From NCBI GenBank assembly GCA_963806185.1, contig CAWDXE010000007.1, positions 480,001-544,000 of the forward strand: a stretch of DNA of 64,000 bases, in the 5' to 3' direction. Position numbers and translations under genes: made by a program. The stretch comes from an uncultured candidate division Zixibacteria bacterium. GTDB taxonomy: Bacteria > Zixibacteria > MSB-5A5 > GN15 > FEB-12. Every line of letters begins with the position of its first letter. Position 1 is the first letter of the stretch. Below are positions 1-10,884 of this stretch, in pieces. The notes under the pieces were generated by a model. It saw only the letters and a program-made list of their open reading frames with translations, was not told the origin of the DNA and made no database searches.

Positions 1-1375
1 CGCGCCGGGGACGGGGAAGGCCTCATTGGCCAAGGCGATTGCCAAGGCGATGGGGAAGGAATTTGCGCGGATTTCGGTGGGCGGGATATCGGACGTCGCG
101 GAAATCAAGGGAACGAGCCGGACATTTCTCGGCGCCTATCCGGGAAAGATCGTGCGGACATTGCGTGAACTGGGGACGACTGACCCGTTGATACTGATCG
201 AAGACATAGATTATTTCAATATCGATAACGATTCGTCGGTGAATATGGCATTGCTGGAGGTGATCGATTCGCGGAAGAACCCGCGGTTCATGGATCAGTA
301 CATCGGTGTGCCGTTTGATCTGAGCAAGGTATTCTTCATTTGCTCGGTCCGTTCGTACGAGGAGTTGCCGGAGCAGTTTGTGCCCCGCCTGGAGATTATC
401 GAGGTGCCGGGGTATATCGAAAAAGAAAAGATTGAGATCGCCAAGAAGTACATCATCCCGGAGATGCTGAAGAAGCACGAGCTGACCCGCAGGGAATTTC
501 GCATCTCAGACGCCATGCTGGCGAAGATTATCAGCAGTTACACGCAGGAAGCGGGACTGCTCGGATTTTCCCAGCAGATGGATCGGATCTTCCGACGGAT
601 AGCGCTGCAGAAGGCGGAGAAGGCCAAAGCGGTGTGGGTGATCAACGAGAAGAACATCGACTCGTTCCTCGGGACGCCGCCGTTCATTCCGGAGAAGGCG
701 GAGACGAAGCCGGAGATCGGCAATGCGGCTGGGCTGGCCTGGACGGGCGCGGGCGGCGAGCTGATGTTCATCGAGGGGATCAAGATGAAGGGGGATGGGC
801 AAATCATCACGACCGGCTCACTGGGCGAGGTGATGCGGGAGTCGATTCAGGCCGCGCATTCGTATGTGCGGTCGAAGGCGGATATGCTGGGAATAGATCC
901 GGACGATTTCCGTCAGTTCGATATACACATTCATTTTCCGTCGGGGGCGATTCCAAAAGATGGACCGTCGGCAGGTATCACTGTCTGTCTGGTGATTGCG
1001 TCGGTGATGAGCGAACGGCCGATTCGCAATGACATGGCGATGACCGGCGAGGTGACATTGCGCGGCAAGGTACTGCCGGTGGGTGGGACGAAAGAGAAGG
1101 TATCGGCGGCATATCGGGCGGGGATATTTACGGTCGTGTTACCGAAAGAGAACGAGAAAGACGTCAAAGACTTGCCGAAAGAGATCGTAAAGAAGACCAA
1201 GTTCCATTTCATTGAACGAGTGGATGAGCTTTTCCGACTGTGTTTGTTGGATGTCACACCTTCGACGCACACGTTGCAGAAGATATTTTCAGATGAGTTG
1301 GCCCGGGTGCGGCGGAAGCGTCGCAACGGCCGCCGGACGCCGGCCAAAGCGGCGCAGCCCAAGCGTCGGCGCTGA
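1..1375 (+). CDS. lon: Lon-family (S16) protease, 5' part outside window; AAA+ motifs degenerate
   Basis: Frame open from base 2 (APGTGKASLAK); Lon protease motifs GLAWT, HIH-P-GAIPKDGPSAG (catalytic Ser), AMTGEVTLRGKVLPVGG-KEK (catalytic Lys). Confidence 0.9.
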   Translation, partial: APGTGKASLAKAIAKAMGKEFARISVGGISDVAEIKGTSRTFLGAYPGKIVRTLRELGTTDPLILIEDIDYFNIDNDSSVNMALLEVIDSRKNPRFMDQYIGVPFDLSKVFFICSVRSYEELPEQFVPRLEIIEVPGYIEKEKIEIAKKYIIPEMLKKHELTRREFRISDAMLAKIISSYTQEAGLLGFSQQMDRIFRRIALQKAEKAKAVWVINEKNIDSFLGTPPFIPEKAETKPEIGNAAGLAWTGAGGELMFIEGIKMKGDGQIITTGSLGEVMRESIQAAHSYVRSKADMLGIDPDDFRQFDIHIHFPSGAIPKDGPSAGITVCLVIASVMSERPIRNDMAMTGEVTLRGKVLPVGGTKEKVSAAYRAGIFTVVLPKENEKDVKDLPKEIVKKTKFHFIERVDELFRLCLLDVTPSTHTLQKIFSDELARVRRKRRNGRRTPAKAAQPKRRR

Positions 1376-1422
1376 TTGGCACAATAATCTTCACTTCCTC
1401 TACCTCCTTGCACAATTATGAC

Positions 1423-1452
1423 TTGACACACCCGACCAGTGTGGTCTATATT
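1423..1452 (+). promoter_or_regulatory. Putative sigma70 promoter
   Basis: TTGACA (1423-1428), 18 nt, TATATT (1447-1452) in the intergenic region before the 1645 gene. Confidence 0.5.
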
Positions 1453-1644
1453 TTTTGCGAGGACGAAATCTACTATTAGGTAGTGATTTATCAGATACAT
1501 TCCTTTTACCGATTTGGGGTATTGATCCCCAGGTCAGTCGGCACGCCCGGTATTCCGCAGGTGTGCGGCGGCATCGGCGAATCGACACTATACAAAAGAG
1601 CAATTTAGTAGCAGCGTAGTCACCTACTTGCATGGAGGCGTGAC

Positions 1645-3995
1645 ATGAAGCGATTCCGACTTACCCTCGCGTCGGTTTCTCTGGTATTGGCACTGTTCGC
1701 AAGTGCCAACGCCCAGTTCACCCAGAATGAGTTTGATTATGGCGCGGCGGATACGGTGGAGATGGTCTTTTCCGTTACACCGGTTGCCGCGACGAATCAG
1801 TTAAAGGTCCGAATGGACCTATGGGTGTTCAACGATTCAAACAACATCGTGGGATCGACCGTCGGGTTCAAATGGACGAATGCGAATCTGAACATGGACA
1901 GCGCCAGGTTCACGACGTTGACGTTTGACGCGTACAATCTGGTCCGCTCAGTGTATGAGGGTCAGAACATCAACACGACGAATGCAAATGATCGGTTTCT
2001 GTTTGCCGGAGCGCGAACGGAAGGGGACGGCGTTGTGTTCGGGCCGGCGCGGCGGCATTGGGCATCGTACTGGTTCACGCTTTCCAGCTGGACGACTCAG
2101 GACTCGATCATCCTTGACACGCTGCAGTACAATGGCGGCACGGTTTACAAATTTGTCGACCCGGTGAACCATCAGTACAAACCGTACTGGAAGGGCCGGA
2201 AGGTGATACACGATCCAGGGTACGTGCCGCCGGCGAACATCCTGTTGTCGAAGGACACCGTGTTCTTCGTGCGACGGTGGGTCTGCCGGCGCCGCCGGCG
2301 CAGCAGGTGCAGATTACTTCGGATGCGGATGATTTCGCGGTGAATCTGATCGAGAACACGTCGTGGCTTCTAAAGAGCCCGACCACGGGGACGACGCCGA
2401 TAACGGCGCAGGTTTCCGTCAATACGACGGCGATGGTCGCCGGCGTGTACTTCGACTCCATCCGTGTGGAATCAGCGACGGCGCTGAATTCGCCGCAGTT
2501 TATATTTGTCCGACTTGATCTTGCTCCGCCGTTGCCGAGAATAAAGGCGACGCCGACGGCGCTCTTTTTCAATGCCGTTGCCGGCGGAGCCAATCCTGCC
2601 CCGCAGACGTTGAAGATAACCAATATCGGCGGTGGTACGCTGAACTGGGCGGTGACTAAAGCGGAATCGTGGCTGAGTCTGGTACCGACCTCCGGCGTGG
2701 ACAGCGGCGGCGTGGCGGTGTCTTGCGACATCACCGGGCTGCCCATCGGTACGGTGATGGATACGATCGTGGTGAGTGATCCAGCGGCTCTCAACAATCC
2801 GGTCAAGGTGCCGGTGAAGCTCACGCTGGGTTCAAATCTGCCGATGATCGAGGCGGTTCACCCGGTGAATCATTACATCCTTGATTTTGACACGGTTGGT
2901 ATCATCTTTAGCCGTACGTTCATGATCAAGAATTCGGGAATCGGGACTCTGGATTACACGGTGACCGAGAGTTCATCGCGGATTCAGCATATCACGCCTT
3001 CGACGGGCACGGCACCCCAGACGGTAACGGTAGAGTACAAAATAGCGACCGCTTTTGACGGCGCTGATTACTGGGACACGGTGATCGTCACCTCACCGCA
3101 GGCGGTGAATTCACCGTATCCGGTCGTACTTCACCTTCATTATGTGAGCGAGCCGGCTGTTCTCTTTGCCCCGGCCGATACGGTCACGCTCAATATCTTC
3201 GAATGCCAGCAGGGAGACGGGAAACTCCCGCAAGTGGTAAATCTTCCGATCATGAACATCGGGGGAGACGATCCGGTGAATGTATCGGTGACTACCGGAA
3301 CGACGTATTATGATTACGAATTGATAAGCAGTGAACTTCCGACGCAGGTCAGGTTCACGCCCAAGGAGTTGGGACTTCCGCTCGGGACATATCTCGACAG
3401 CATGTTTATCACCGCCGATAATGCGATCAATTCGCCGAAGAAGGTAATGGTCAAATACAAAGTCAATCCCGCGTCGCAGACGCCGCAGTTGCTGGTGAAC
3501 CGCACGTATCTTACGGTTCCGTACCAAGAGGAATCGGGTCCCGCGAATACAGCCGGCTTCAGCGTCAACAACAAGTACGGCGGGTGTATGTCGTGGTTTA
3601 CGGAAGAAGACATTCCCTGGATGATTCCGGTCGCCGACTCCGGTCAGGTGCCGGGGGAGTGGGATTTCGTGACGGATGCGCCTGGCTATGTCCTCGGGCA
3701 ATACTACGACACGATCTATGTTCATGCGCCGGGAGCGTCGAATCCAACGATTCCGATTCCGGTCGCGCTGCTGGTGTGGCGGTTCCATGGCGACTGGAAT
3801 TATGACGGCAGTCTGGACATTGTCGATGTAACGATGATGATATCATATATGTATCTCCTTACCGGCCCAGTAGCACAGCCGACGATTCTGGTCGGGGACT
3901 GCAATTGCGACGATCACATTGACGTTGTCGATGTGACCTGGTTGATCAATTACCTCTTCAATGAGGGGCCGATTCCGTGCGGTAATCCGTACTGA
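1645..3995 (+). CDS. Secreted modular protein: cohesin-like domain, five BACON/Ig-like repeats, C-terminal dockerin (frameshift near 2269)
   Basis: GGAGG RBS, signal peptide MKRFRLTL..ANA; ORFs 1645-2343 and 2277-3995 join at TTC TTC GT GCG ACG GTG; repeats ending A-x-N-[SNP]-P; tail GDWNYDGSLDIVD..GDCNCDDHIDVVD..YLF..C. Confidence 0.75.
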
Positions 3996-4017
3996 GGTTG
4001 AGTAAAGATTCGCCTGG

Positions 4018-4051
4018 AGACGCCGTTACAGACTGTAACGGCGTCTTTTTT
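4018..4051 (+). terminator. Rho-independent terminator
   Basis: AGACGCCGTTACAG-AC-TGTAACGGCGTCT followed by a T-run. Confidence 0.85.
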
Positions 4052-4075
4052 GTCGGAGTTGGCTGACAAAGCGTC

Positions 4076-4103
4076 TTGACAGATCGGGGCAAAAGGGTAT
4101 CTT
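4076..4103 (+). promoter_or_regulatory. Putative sigma70 promoter
   Basis: TTGACA-N16-TATCTT upstream of the AGGAGGT RBS and GTG 4191. Confidence 0.5.
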
Positions 4104-4190
4104 GATACAGAGAGTTACAGGTATTCAGTTTTGGTCCCACCGGGGCAACCAAGTTGTTCTCGCCGTTGAACTTACCACAGGAGGTAGGCT

Positions 4191-6446
4191 GTGAGCCACC
4201 GCACACGTTTTGTTTCCGCAATCCTCACCTTGTTAACAGTTGTTTCGTCGTTTTCGATGCTTTTGGCCAACGACGCAGTTCTGAGCGAAGATCGGGACTG
4301 GTCCGATGCCACGCCGACCGAAATTCACCAAAAGATGGGAGCCGACAAGGCTCGAGCGCTTTCGGCGGCTCGGGAGGCGCGTCAATTTGTACCGGTCGGG
4401 GCCCTGGCCAATGCCGCCAATTATGACGTCAAGATGTACGACATCAACATCAGGGTGAACGACACGACGGAGGTTCTCTATGGTCGTGTCGGGTTCGTTG
4501 TGGAACGGAACGCAAGCGGGCGTGACGACCGTGCAATTTGATCTTTGGAGCAATCTGACGGTCGATAGTGTCACGTCGAATGGTTCGACGCTGGGCTTTC
4601 ACGCAACGGCAACGTGGTGACGGCGACGCTTGGGCAGACCTACAATCAGGGCGACGGGTTCCGGTTCGACGTGTATTATCATGGGCATCCGGTGGAGGGC
4701 GGTTTCCAGGCGTTTTCGTTTGATGTCCGCAATGGGAACAAGGTGATGGCCAGCCTGTCCGAGCCGTATTACGCGCCGACCTGGTGGCCGTGCAAGGAAT
4801 CGACGGTCGATAAGGCGGACTCGTTTGATATCGCGATAGAGGTGGACACGGCGTTCTACTGCGGGTCGAACGGAAAGTTGGTGGCGACAACGCCGAACGG
4901 TGGAAATTCCCACACATTTCACTACACCGTGCGTTACCCGATGGTGACGTATTTGTTTTCGGTTGCCATCTCGAAGTATACGGTCTGGAATGATAAGTGG
5001 GTATACAACGGCGGTCTGGACACGATGCTGATTACGAACGCCGTCTATCCGGCGTCATACGCGGGGTCGCTGGCAAATTACAGTCTGACGCCGTCGATGC
5101 TCACCTACCTGTCGCAGGCATTCGGGCAATATCCGTATGTGAATGAGAAGTATGGTCACAGCCATTTCGAATGGGGCGGCGGGATGGAACACCAGACCAT
5201 GACCTCCATGGTGGGGTATTCGTCGTTTGGCTGGAACGAAAATGTGATCGTGCATGAGATGGGGCACCAGTGGTGGGGTGACATGATCACGTGTGCCGGC
5301 TGGCCGCATATTTGGCTGAATGAAGGATGGGCGTCGTACGCCGAGGCCTGGTATCACCAGTTGAAGGACGGGTGGCCGACGTATTTTACGTACATGAATT
5401 CGATGAATTTCACCGGTGGCGGCACGATATATCAGTACGACACGACGAATGTGAACACGCTGTTCGGGACGATCGTGTACGACAAGGGTGCCTGGGTGCT
5501 GCACATGTTGCGCGGTGTTCTGGGCGAGACCAAGTGGCGGCAGGCGGTGGATGCCTGGTACAGTTCGCCGTACAAATTCGGCTCGGCCACGACCGAGCAA
5601 TTCCGGGACGTAGTGGAGCAAGCGACCGGAGAGGAGTTGGACTGGTTTTTCCAGGAGTGGATATACGGGACCTACCGGCCCGACTACACCTACATGTCCT
5701 ATACGGAAGCGGCGGGCGGCGGCAAGTACAATCTCTACGTGGTGATTCGCCAGACGCATATGACCAGCCCGCTCGTGTTCACGATGCCGATCGACATTTT
5801 CGTGAATTACACGACGCTGCCGGATGATACCGTCATCGTGTTCAACAATGCCCGCCAGCAGTTCTTCAAATTCCAGCTCAATGGAGCGGTCTCGAGTATC
5901 GATCTCGATCCGGCGGGGTGGATCCTGAAGAACAAAGGCAGTGCCGCCTGGGAGTTGTTCCTGGTGACGCTGCCGTCGGAGGTGAAATCGGGCGAGGTAG
6001 GGATGGCGTACAATGACACGATCGGCTATCGCGGGGGATCGGCCAGCGGGCAGACGCTGACGATGCCGCAGGGGAGTCTGCCTCCGGGGCTTGGCATAAC
6101 GAACAAAGGTGTCATTACGGGGACGCCGACGACCGAAGGCACGTACAATTTCATGGTCAAGGTCAAGGATAACCTGGTCAACACATGGACTGACTCGGCG
6201 AACTACTCGATCACGATCGCGCCGTTCGCCGGGGTGCCGGGCGACGTCAATCATCTCGACAACAACGTGGACATAGCCGATCTGACGCTGCTGATCGAGA
6301 ACCTGTTCATCACGTTCACGCCGCTGCCGGTTCCCAAGCTGGCGGACGTGGACAACAATTGCAGTATTGACATCAACGACCTGACGGCCCTGATCAGTTT
6401 CCTGTTCCTGTCGGGACCGGATCTGGTGATGGGGTGCGCGGAGTAG
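4191..6446 (+). CDS. Secreted M1-family zinc aminopeptidase with Ig-like domain and C-terminal dockerin (two frameshifts near 4509 and 4600)
   Basis: Signal peptide; GGMEHQ exopeptidase motif, HEMGHQWWG, WLNEGWASYAE, YDKGAWVLHMLR; LPPGL..G.I.GTPT Ig repeat; GDVN..VDIADL / ADVDNNCSIDINDL dockerin. A bridging frame reads TQAGVTTVQFDLWSNLTVDSV. Confidence 0.85.
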
Positions 6447-6473
6447 CGTACATTGCACTTGAGAAGATCGCGA

Positions 6474-6498
6474 CGGGCCCCCTGAGGGGCCCGTTTTG
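6474..6498 (+). terminator. Probable terminator hairpin
   Basis: ACGGGCCCC-TGA-GGGGCCCGT then TTT, after the peptidase stop. Confidence 0.6.
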
Positions 6499-6588
6499 CT
6501 GTCCGGGATTTTAGTTGCGTTTGAAGACCAAAACGATACATTGAATCACTCGTCCGGGCGGACAGTGTACCAACCAACAGGACGCGCC

Positions 6589-7908
6589 ATGGCAAAAGAA
6601 CGACCGATCGAAACCTTTCATGTGACCAGTTATGGCTGCCAGATGAATCTGGCGGATTCGTCAACGCTGACCTCCACGCTCGTGACGCGAGGGTATCGCC
6701 GAGTTGACGATGAAGCCGAGGCGGATCTGATCGTGCTGAACACCTGTTCGGTGCGGGAAAAGGCCGAGGAACGGGTTTTCGGTCGGCTGGGTGAGCTGTA
6801 CAAGTATAAGCGGGCGAAACCGCATATGAAAATTGCCGTGGTCGGGTGTATGGCGCAGCGGCTGGCGGATGATCTGGTAAAGCGGGTGCCACACGTCGAC
6901 TTCGTGCTTGGCACTGACCGGTTGTTTGAGCTGCCGGATGCGCTCGAGGGGATCGAGGGGACTTCATCGGTTATGACGGCGTTCGGCCACGAAAACATGG
7001 ATATGATCCAGCCGATCAAGGAAACGCCGTATTCCGGGTTCATCACCATTTCGCGCGGATGCGACAACTACTGTACCTATTGTATCGTGCCGTACGTTCG
7101 GGGGCAGGAGCGCTCTCATGACGCCGAATATATCGTCGATTCGGTCAGGAAGATGGTGGATGAAGGGGTGGTGGAGATTACGCTGCTGGGTCAGAATGTG
7201 AACAGCTACACGTCGGGGGAGACTGATTTTCCGCGGCTGCTGGAACGGGTGGTGGGTGAGACGGGCATACGGCGGGTGCGTTTTATGACGTCGCATCCCA
7301 AGGATTTATCCCGGCGGCTGGTGGACGTTATGGCGGCCGAACCGAAGATCATGCCGCACGTGCATCTTCCGCTGCAGTGCGGTTCCAATCGGGTGCTGAA
7401 GATGATGGGGCGGATCTACACGGTAGAGCATTACCTGAAGATCATCGATTACATTCGCACCAAACTGGCCTATGCTTCGATCACGACCGATCTGATTGTC
7501 GGATTTCCTAGTGAGACGGAAGAGGAATTTGAGCAGACGCTGGATGCGGTTCGACAGGTGCAGTACGATTCGGCGTTTATGTTCCGCTATTCGGTGCGAC
7601 CGGGGACAACGGCGGCCAAGTACGACGATGATGTGCCCGAGGCAGACAAGATTCGTCGCTTGAACAAACTGATCAAGATGCAGCAAGAGATTTCGTATGA
7701 GCGCAATCAGCGCGAAGTCGGCGGAACGCGGATGGGGCTGGTGGAGGGTGAGTCACGCCGCTCGAGCGCCAAACTTCGGGCGCGGACGGAAGGCAACAAG
7801 ACAGTCGTCTTTGACGGTGGCGGGATGCCGGCGGGGTCGCTGGTGCCGATCAGGATAACGGCGGCGGACGCGTTCACGCTGCACGGGGAAGTGGAGCGGG
7901 GAAACTGA
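6589..7908 (+). CDS. miaB: tRNA-2-methylthio-N6-dimethylallyladenosine synthase (radical SAM)
   Basis: SYGCQMN, LNTCSVREKAE, VGCMAQ, GCDNYCTYCIVPYVRG (CxxxCxxC), C-terminal TRAM region. Confidence 0.95.
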   Translation: MAKERPIETFHVTSYGCQMNLADSSTLTSTLVTRGYRRVDDEAEADLIVLNTCSVREKAEERVFGRLGELYKYKRAKPHMKIAVVGCMAQRLADDLVKRVPHVDFVLGTDRLFELPDALEGIEGTSSVMTAFGHENMDMIQPIKETPYSGFITISRGCDNYCTYCIVPYVRGQERSHDAEYIVDSVRKMVDEGVVEITLLGQNVNSYTSGETDFPRLLERVVGETGIRRVRFMTSHPKDLSRRLVDVMAAEPKIMPHVHLPLQCGSNRVLKMMGRIYTVEHYLKIIDYIRTKLAYASITTDLIVGFPSETEEEFEQTLDAVRQVQYDSAFMFRYSVRPGTTAAKYDDDVPEADKIRRLNKLIKMQQEISYERNQREVGGTRMGLVEGESRRSSAKLRARTEGNKTVVFDGGGMPAGSLVPIRITAADAFTLHGEVERGN

Positions 7909-7911
7909 CCG

Positions 7912-10836
7912 ATGTTTGATGTGGTGACCGCATACCTTGCACCGGTACTGCTGATCGTGGTACTGGGTTTCCTCTATGTTCGGCTGGGGTTTGCTTCGGG
8001 CAAGGCACCGGAGGGCGGGGGATGGTTTCTGGCCGGCGGCATTATTCTTGTGCTGGCCTTCGGCTGGCAGATCATCGAGCAGCTCTCCGGCTATCCGGAT
8101 TGGTTCAAGCTGTCCGTGTATCCGGTGATTGACTTCTTCCAGTTTGTCGTCGGAGCAATCGGTTTGGCGCTGGTGGTCGCGGGGGTGTCGCTGTATGCTG
8201 ATTTCTGGCATCGCCGCGGTCGCGATCTGGACGACCGTGAAGCGCGGGCATCGCTTCTGTACAATCTGCAGATGGAGGCCCGGCAGCCGTATCAATTGCT
8301 TGAGTTGCTGAACATAGCGGTGCGCGATATGCTGGCGGCGAATCCGGGGAGTGTTGGCAGTATCCTGTTGATGAACCGCAGCCGGCGGCAGTTTATCCTG
8401 ACGGCGTCGGCAGGCCTGTCCAAGCAAGAAACGGCGTATCTCGAATATTATCCGCTGGAGCGGAATATAGTGAGCCAGTCGCTGTCGTTGGGTGACGCGC
8501 TGGTCGCGGGCGGTTTTGATTTCGTCCAGCGGGACGGCTCGATTGTACCCTCGCGTTTCAAATCGGTGCTGGTCTTGCCGCTGGTCTCGGGAACGGAGAA
8601 GCTGGGTTGTGTCGTTCTCTGGTCAGAAGAGGAAAAGTCTTTTGGGAAGACGGAGATCGGGTATCTGACGCCGGTGGTGGAATGGCTGGCGGAGAAGATC
8701 AGATCAGCCCGACTGACGCGCGAGCTGACATTGTCCAAGGGTGAGCAGGAGAAGCTCGGTTCCGGCGCGGCATCATTTCAGTCGCGGTTGGCGGCAGCGC
8801 TGGTCGCGGCGGGCGAGCCGGATGGACCGGATGCCTTTTGCCGCAGTCTGGTGGGGACGGCGACGGCCACCTCGGTTCATCTCTGTACGATTCGCCAGGG
8901 CGTGTTCGCCGTGAGCGGCGGCAGTGAGCCGATGGCTGAGTTGTCGGAGAATTACAAGACAGCGTTGATCGAGGCGATCGATCGTCAGAAGCCGCTGATC
9001 ATCAATCACGAATCAATCGACAGTGCGGGACAGACATTTGTGGCGCTGTCGAGCCTGATCTGTCCGATCCGCAGTGGCGGCCGTCGGGAAGCACTGGTTC
9101 TGCGTCGCGAGGCGGCGTCGTTTGACATAGACGACGGCGAATTGCGGACACTCGATCTACTGGCACAGCTGGCGGGGCTGGTCATTCGGCAGAGTGACAG
9201 CGTCAAGTCAAGTCTGAGCCGACGAGTCGGATTTGAAAAAGTCCTGCACCTGCTTCGTTTTGACGTACCGGTGAAGTCGATCGATGAGGATCCGACGACA
9301 GTCATCAGCCTCCTGGCGGATATTTTGCCGGAGGGTTCGGTAGCAATTACCTACGCGGTGGACGCAGGCGGTGTTGCCGTGGCCAATGGGGGCCACAATA
9401 TCGACGCCGCCGCGATCAAGGCGTTGCGTTTTTCGGAGGATGCCGGACCTCGCCAGGCAGTGGCGCTCAGGGAACCGGTCACGTTGTTCGGCAAACGACA
9501 GGTTTCGGTAGAACTGGACTCCTATCCGATGCACATGCGAACGTACCTGCAGCGGGCTCTGGGTGGGCGGATTCCTCAGTACGTGGCATATTGTCCGATC
9601 TTTTCGGCCGATGAGATGGCGGGAGTGGTCGGCGTGTTCATTCTTGATATGTTGGAGCAGGAGCGGATCGAATGGGAACGCCTCCTGACGCTGGCGTTTG
9701 GGCTTTACTCGCTGAGGTTGACGATGCATGCGCTGGCAGCCGGGGGTGCGACGGGAGAGAGGGCAATATCGTCGGGGCAGGCCGAGCTGTTGAATTCGTT
9801 CAATAATCACCTTTCGGCGGTCATTGGCCGGGCGGAGATGCTGGCGGCCGGGCCCGGGCTGAGCGGCCTGCAGAAGGAGCAGCTCAAAGGGATAGTTGCC
9901 GAGGCAGAGGCAGCGGTCCAGGCGATAAAACAGAATCTGCCGGCAGTGGTGGAACAACCGGTGAGCGCGGCCTCGCCGGAAAATCGTGCCAATGCCGTCA
10001 ACCGGGTGGTGGAAGATATTCTTCTCGAATCGCACATTTCGGGGAATCTTTTTTTGGCGGCGGGAAAGCCGCGCGAGATCAATGAACGATTGCAGCCGCA
10101 CGAAGAGATCGTCTTTGCGGGTGAGCAGATCAGAGGATTGTTCGAAGCGGTGCTGCATCGATTTGCCAGTCTGGCGACCGACGACGACGTCATCACCGTG
10201 GCCACGTATCAGCGGGGGGAATGCGTTTATCTGGATATTTCCCGTCACCGGAAGAATTTCCCGCCGGTCGAGCCGGTGGTGACTTTCGGCCAATATCAAG
10301 CGAGCGGCCAGGCGATGCAGGAACGGCCGACGGATGTGTTCCTGGCGCACTTATCGGGTGGAGAGTCGTTTTACGCGGTGGACAAAAACAGTACTGTCCC
10401 GGCCTATCTCTCATTCAAGTTTCCGCTCAGGAAAGCGGTATCGGGAAGGGCGGCAGGCGGGAGCAACAGCGTGCGCGTGCTGGCGATTGACGATCAGCCG
10501 ATCATCCTTGATCTGCTGCAAGCCATGTGTCAGTCGCTCGGGTATGCCGTGCAGGTGGCATCGTCGGGCGAGGCGGGGGTTCGGATGCTTGAAGCGTCGG
10601 CGTTTGACATTGTCCTGGTGGATTTCGCGATGCCGGGGATGTCGGGGCTGGAAGTTGCGCGTGCGGCGAAGCGCTTGCAGCCGCAGACGCCGGTGGTGCT
10701 GGTGACGGGGTGGGAGGCGAAGCTGGATCCGGCTCAGTATGCGACGTCGGGTGTGGTGGAAGTCCTATACAAACCGTTTCGAATCGAACAGTTGACGGAA
10801 ATTATTCAGAACGCAGTCCGCAGCCGGGTTCGATAA
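7912..10836 (+). CDS. Membrane signalling protein: TM region, GAF-like domains, degenerate HisKA/HATPase, C-terminal receiver
   Basis: Three N-terminal hydrophobic helices; GAF-like VLPLVSGTEKLGCVVL; H-box-like LLNSFNNHLSAVIG; receiver VLAIDD..DIVLVDFAMPGMSG..VTG..KPF. Confidence 0.7.
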   Translation: MFDVVTAYLAPVLLIVVLGFLYVRLGFASGKAPEGGGWFLAGGIILVLAFGWQIIEQLSGYPDWFKLSVYPVIDFFQFVVGAIGLALVVAGVSLYADFWHRRGRDLDDREARASLLYNLQMEARQPYQLLELLNIAVRDMLAANPGSVGSILLMNRSRRQFILTASAGLSKQETAYLEYYPLERNIVSQSLSLGDALVAGGFDFVQRDGSIVPSRFKSVLVLPLVSGTEKLGCVVLWSEEEKSFGKTEIGYLTPVVEWLAEKIRSARLTRELTLSKGEQEKLGSGAASFQSRLAAALVAAGEPDGPDAFCRSLVGTATATSVHLCTIRQGVFAVSGGSEPMAELSENYKTALIEAIDRQKPLIINHESIDSAGQTFVALSSLICPIRSGGRREALVLRREAASFDIDDGELRTLDLLAQLAGLVIRQSDSVKSSLSRRVGFEKVLHLLRFDVPVKSIDEDPTTVISLLADILPEGSVAITYAVDAGGVAVANGGHNIDAAAIKALRFSEDAGPRQAVALREPVTLFGKRQVSVELDSYPMHMRTYLQRALGGRIPQYVAYCPIFSADEMAGVVGVFILDMLEQERIEWERLLTLAFGLYSLRLTMHALAAGGATGERAISSGQAELLNSFNNHLSAVIGRAEMLAAGPGLSGLQKEQLKGIVAEAEAAVQAIKQNLPAVVEQPVSAASPENRANAVNRVVEDILLESHISGNLFLAAGKPREINERLQPHEEIVFAGEQIRGLFEAVLHRFASLATDDDVITVATYQRGECVYLDISRHRKNFPPVEPVVTFGQYQASGQAMQERPTDVFLAHLSGGESFYAVDKNSTVPAYLSFKFPLRKAVSGRAAGGSNSVRVLAIDDQPIILDLLQAMCQSLGYAVQVASSGEAGVRMLEASAFDIVLVDFAMPGMSGLEVARAAKRLQPQTPVVLVTGWEAKLDPAQYATSGVVEVLYKPFRIEQLTEIIQNAVRSRVR

Positions 10837-10853
10837 TTCACCAAAATCCCCAG

Positions 10854-10880
10854 TAAACCAAACATCGGTCCTGCCGATAC
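10854..10880 (+). promoter_or_regulatory. Sigma28 (FliA/SigD)-like promoter
   Basis: TAAA-N15-GCCGATAC versus consensus TAAA-N15-GCCGATAA. Confidence 0.65.
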
Positions 10881-10884
10881 TTAG

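Noticed and set aside
1453..1640. Structured 5' leader or c-di-GMP riboswitch
   Set aside because: Hairpins are present (TGGGG/CCCCA) but no recognisable GEMM motif.
5055..6458. Long minus-strand ORFs (also 9208-10350, 35796-36851, 43540-44772, 57737-58750)
   Set aside because: They shadow well-supported plus-strand genes in GC-rich DNA and have Arg/His-rich, motif-free translations.
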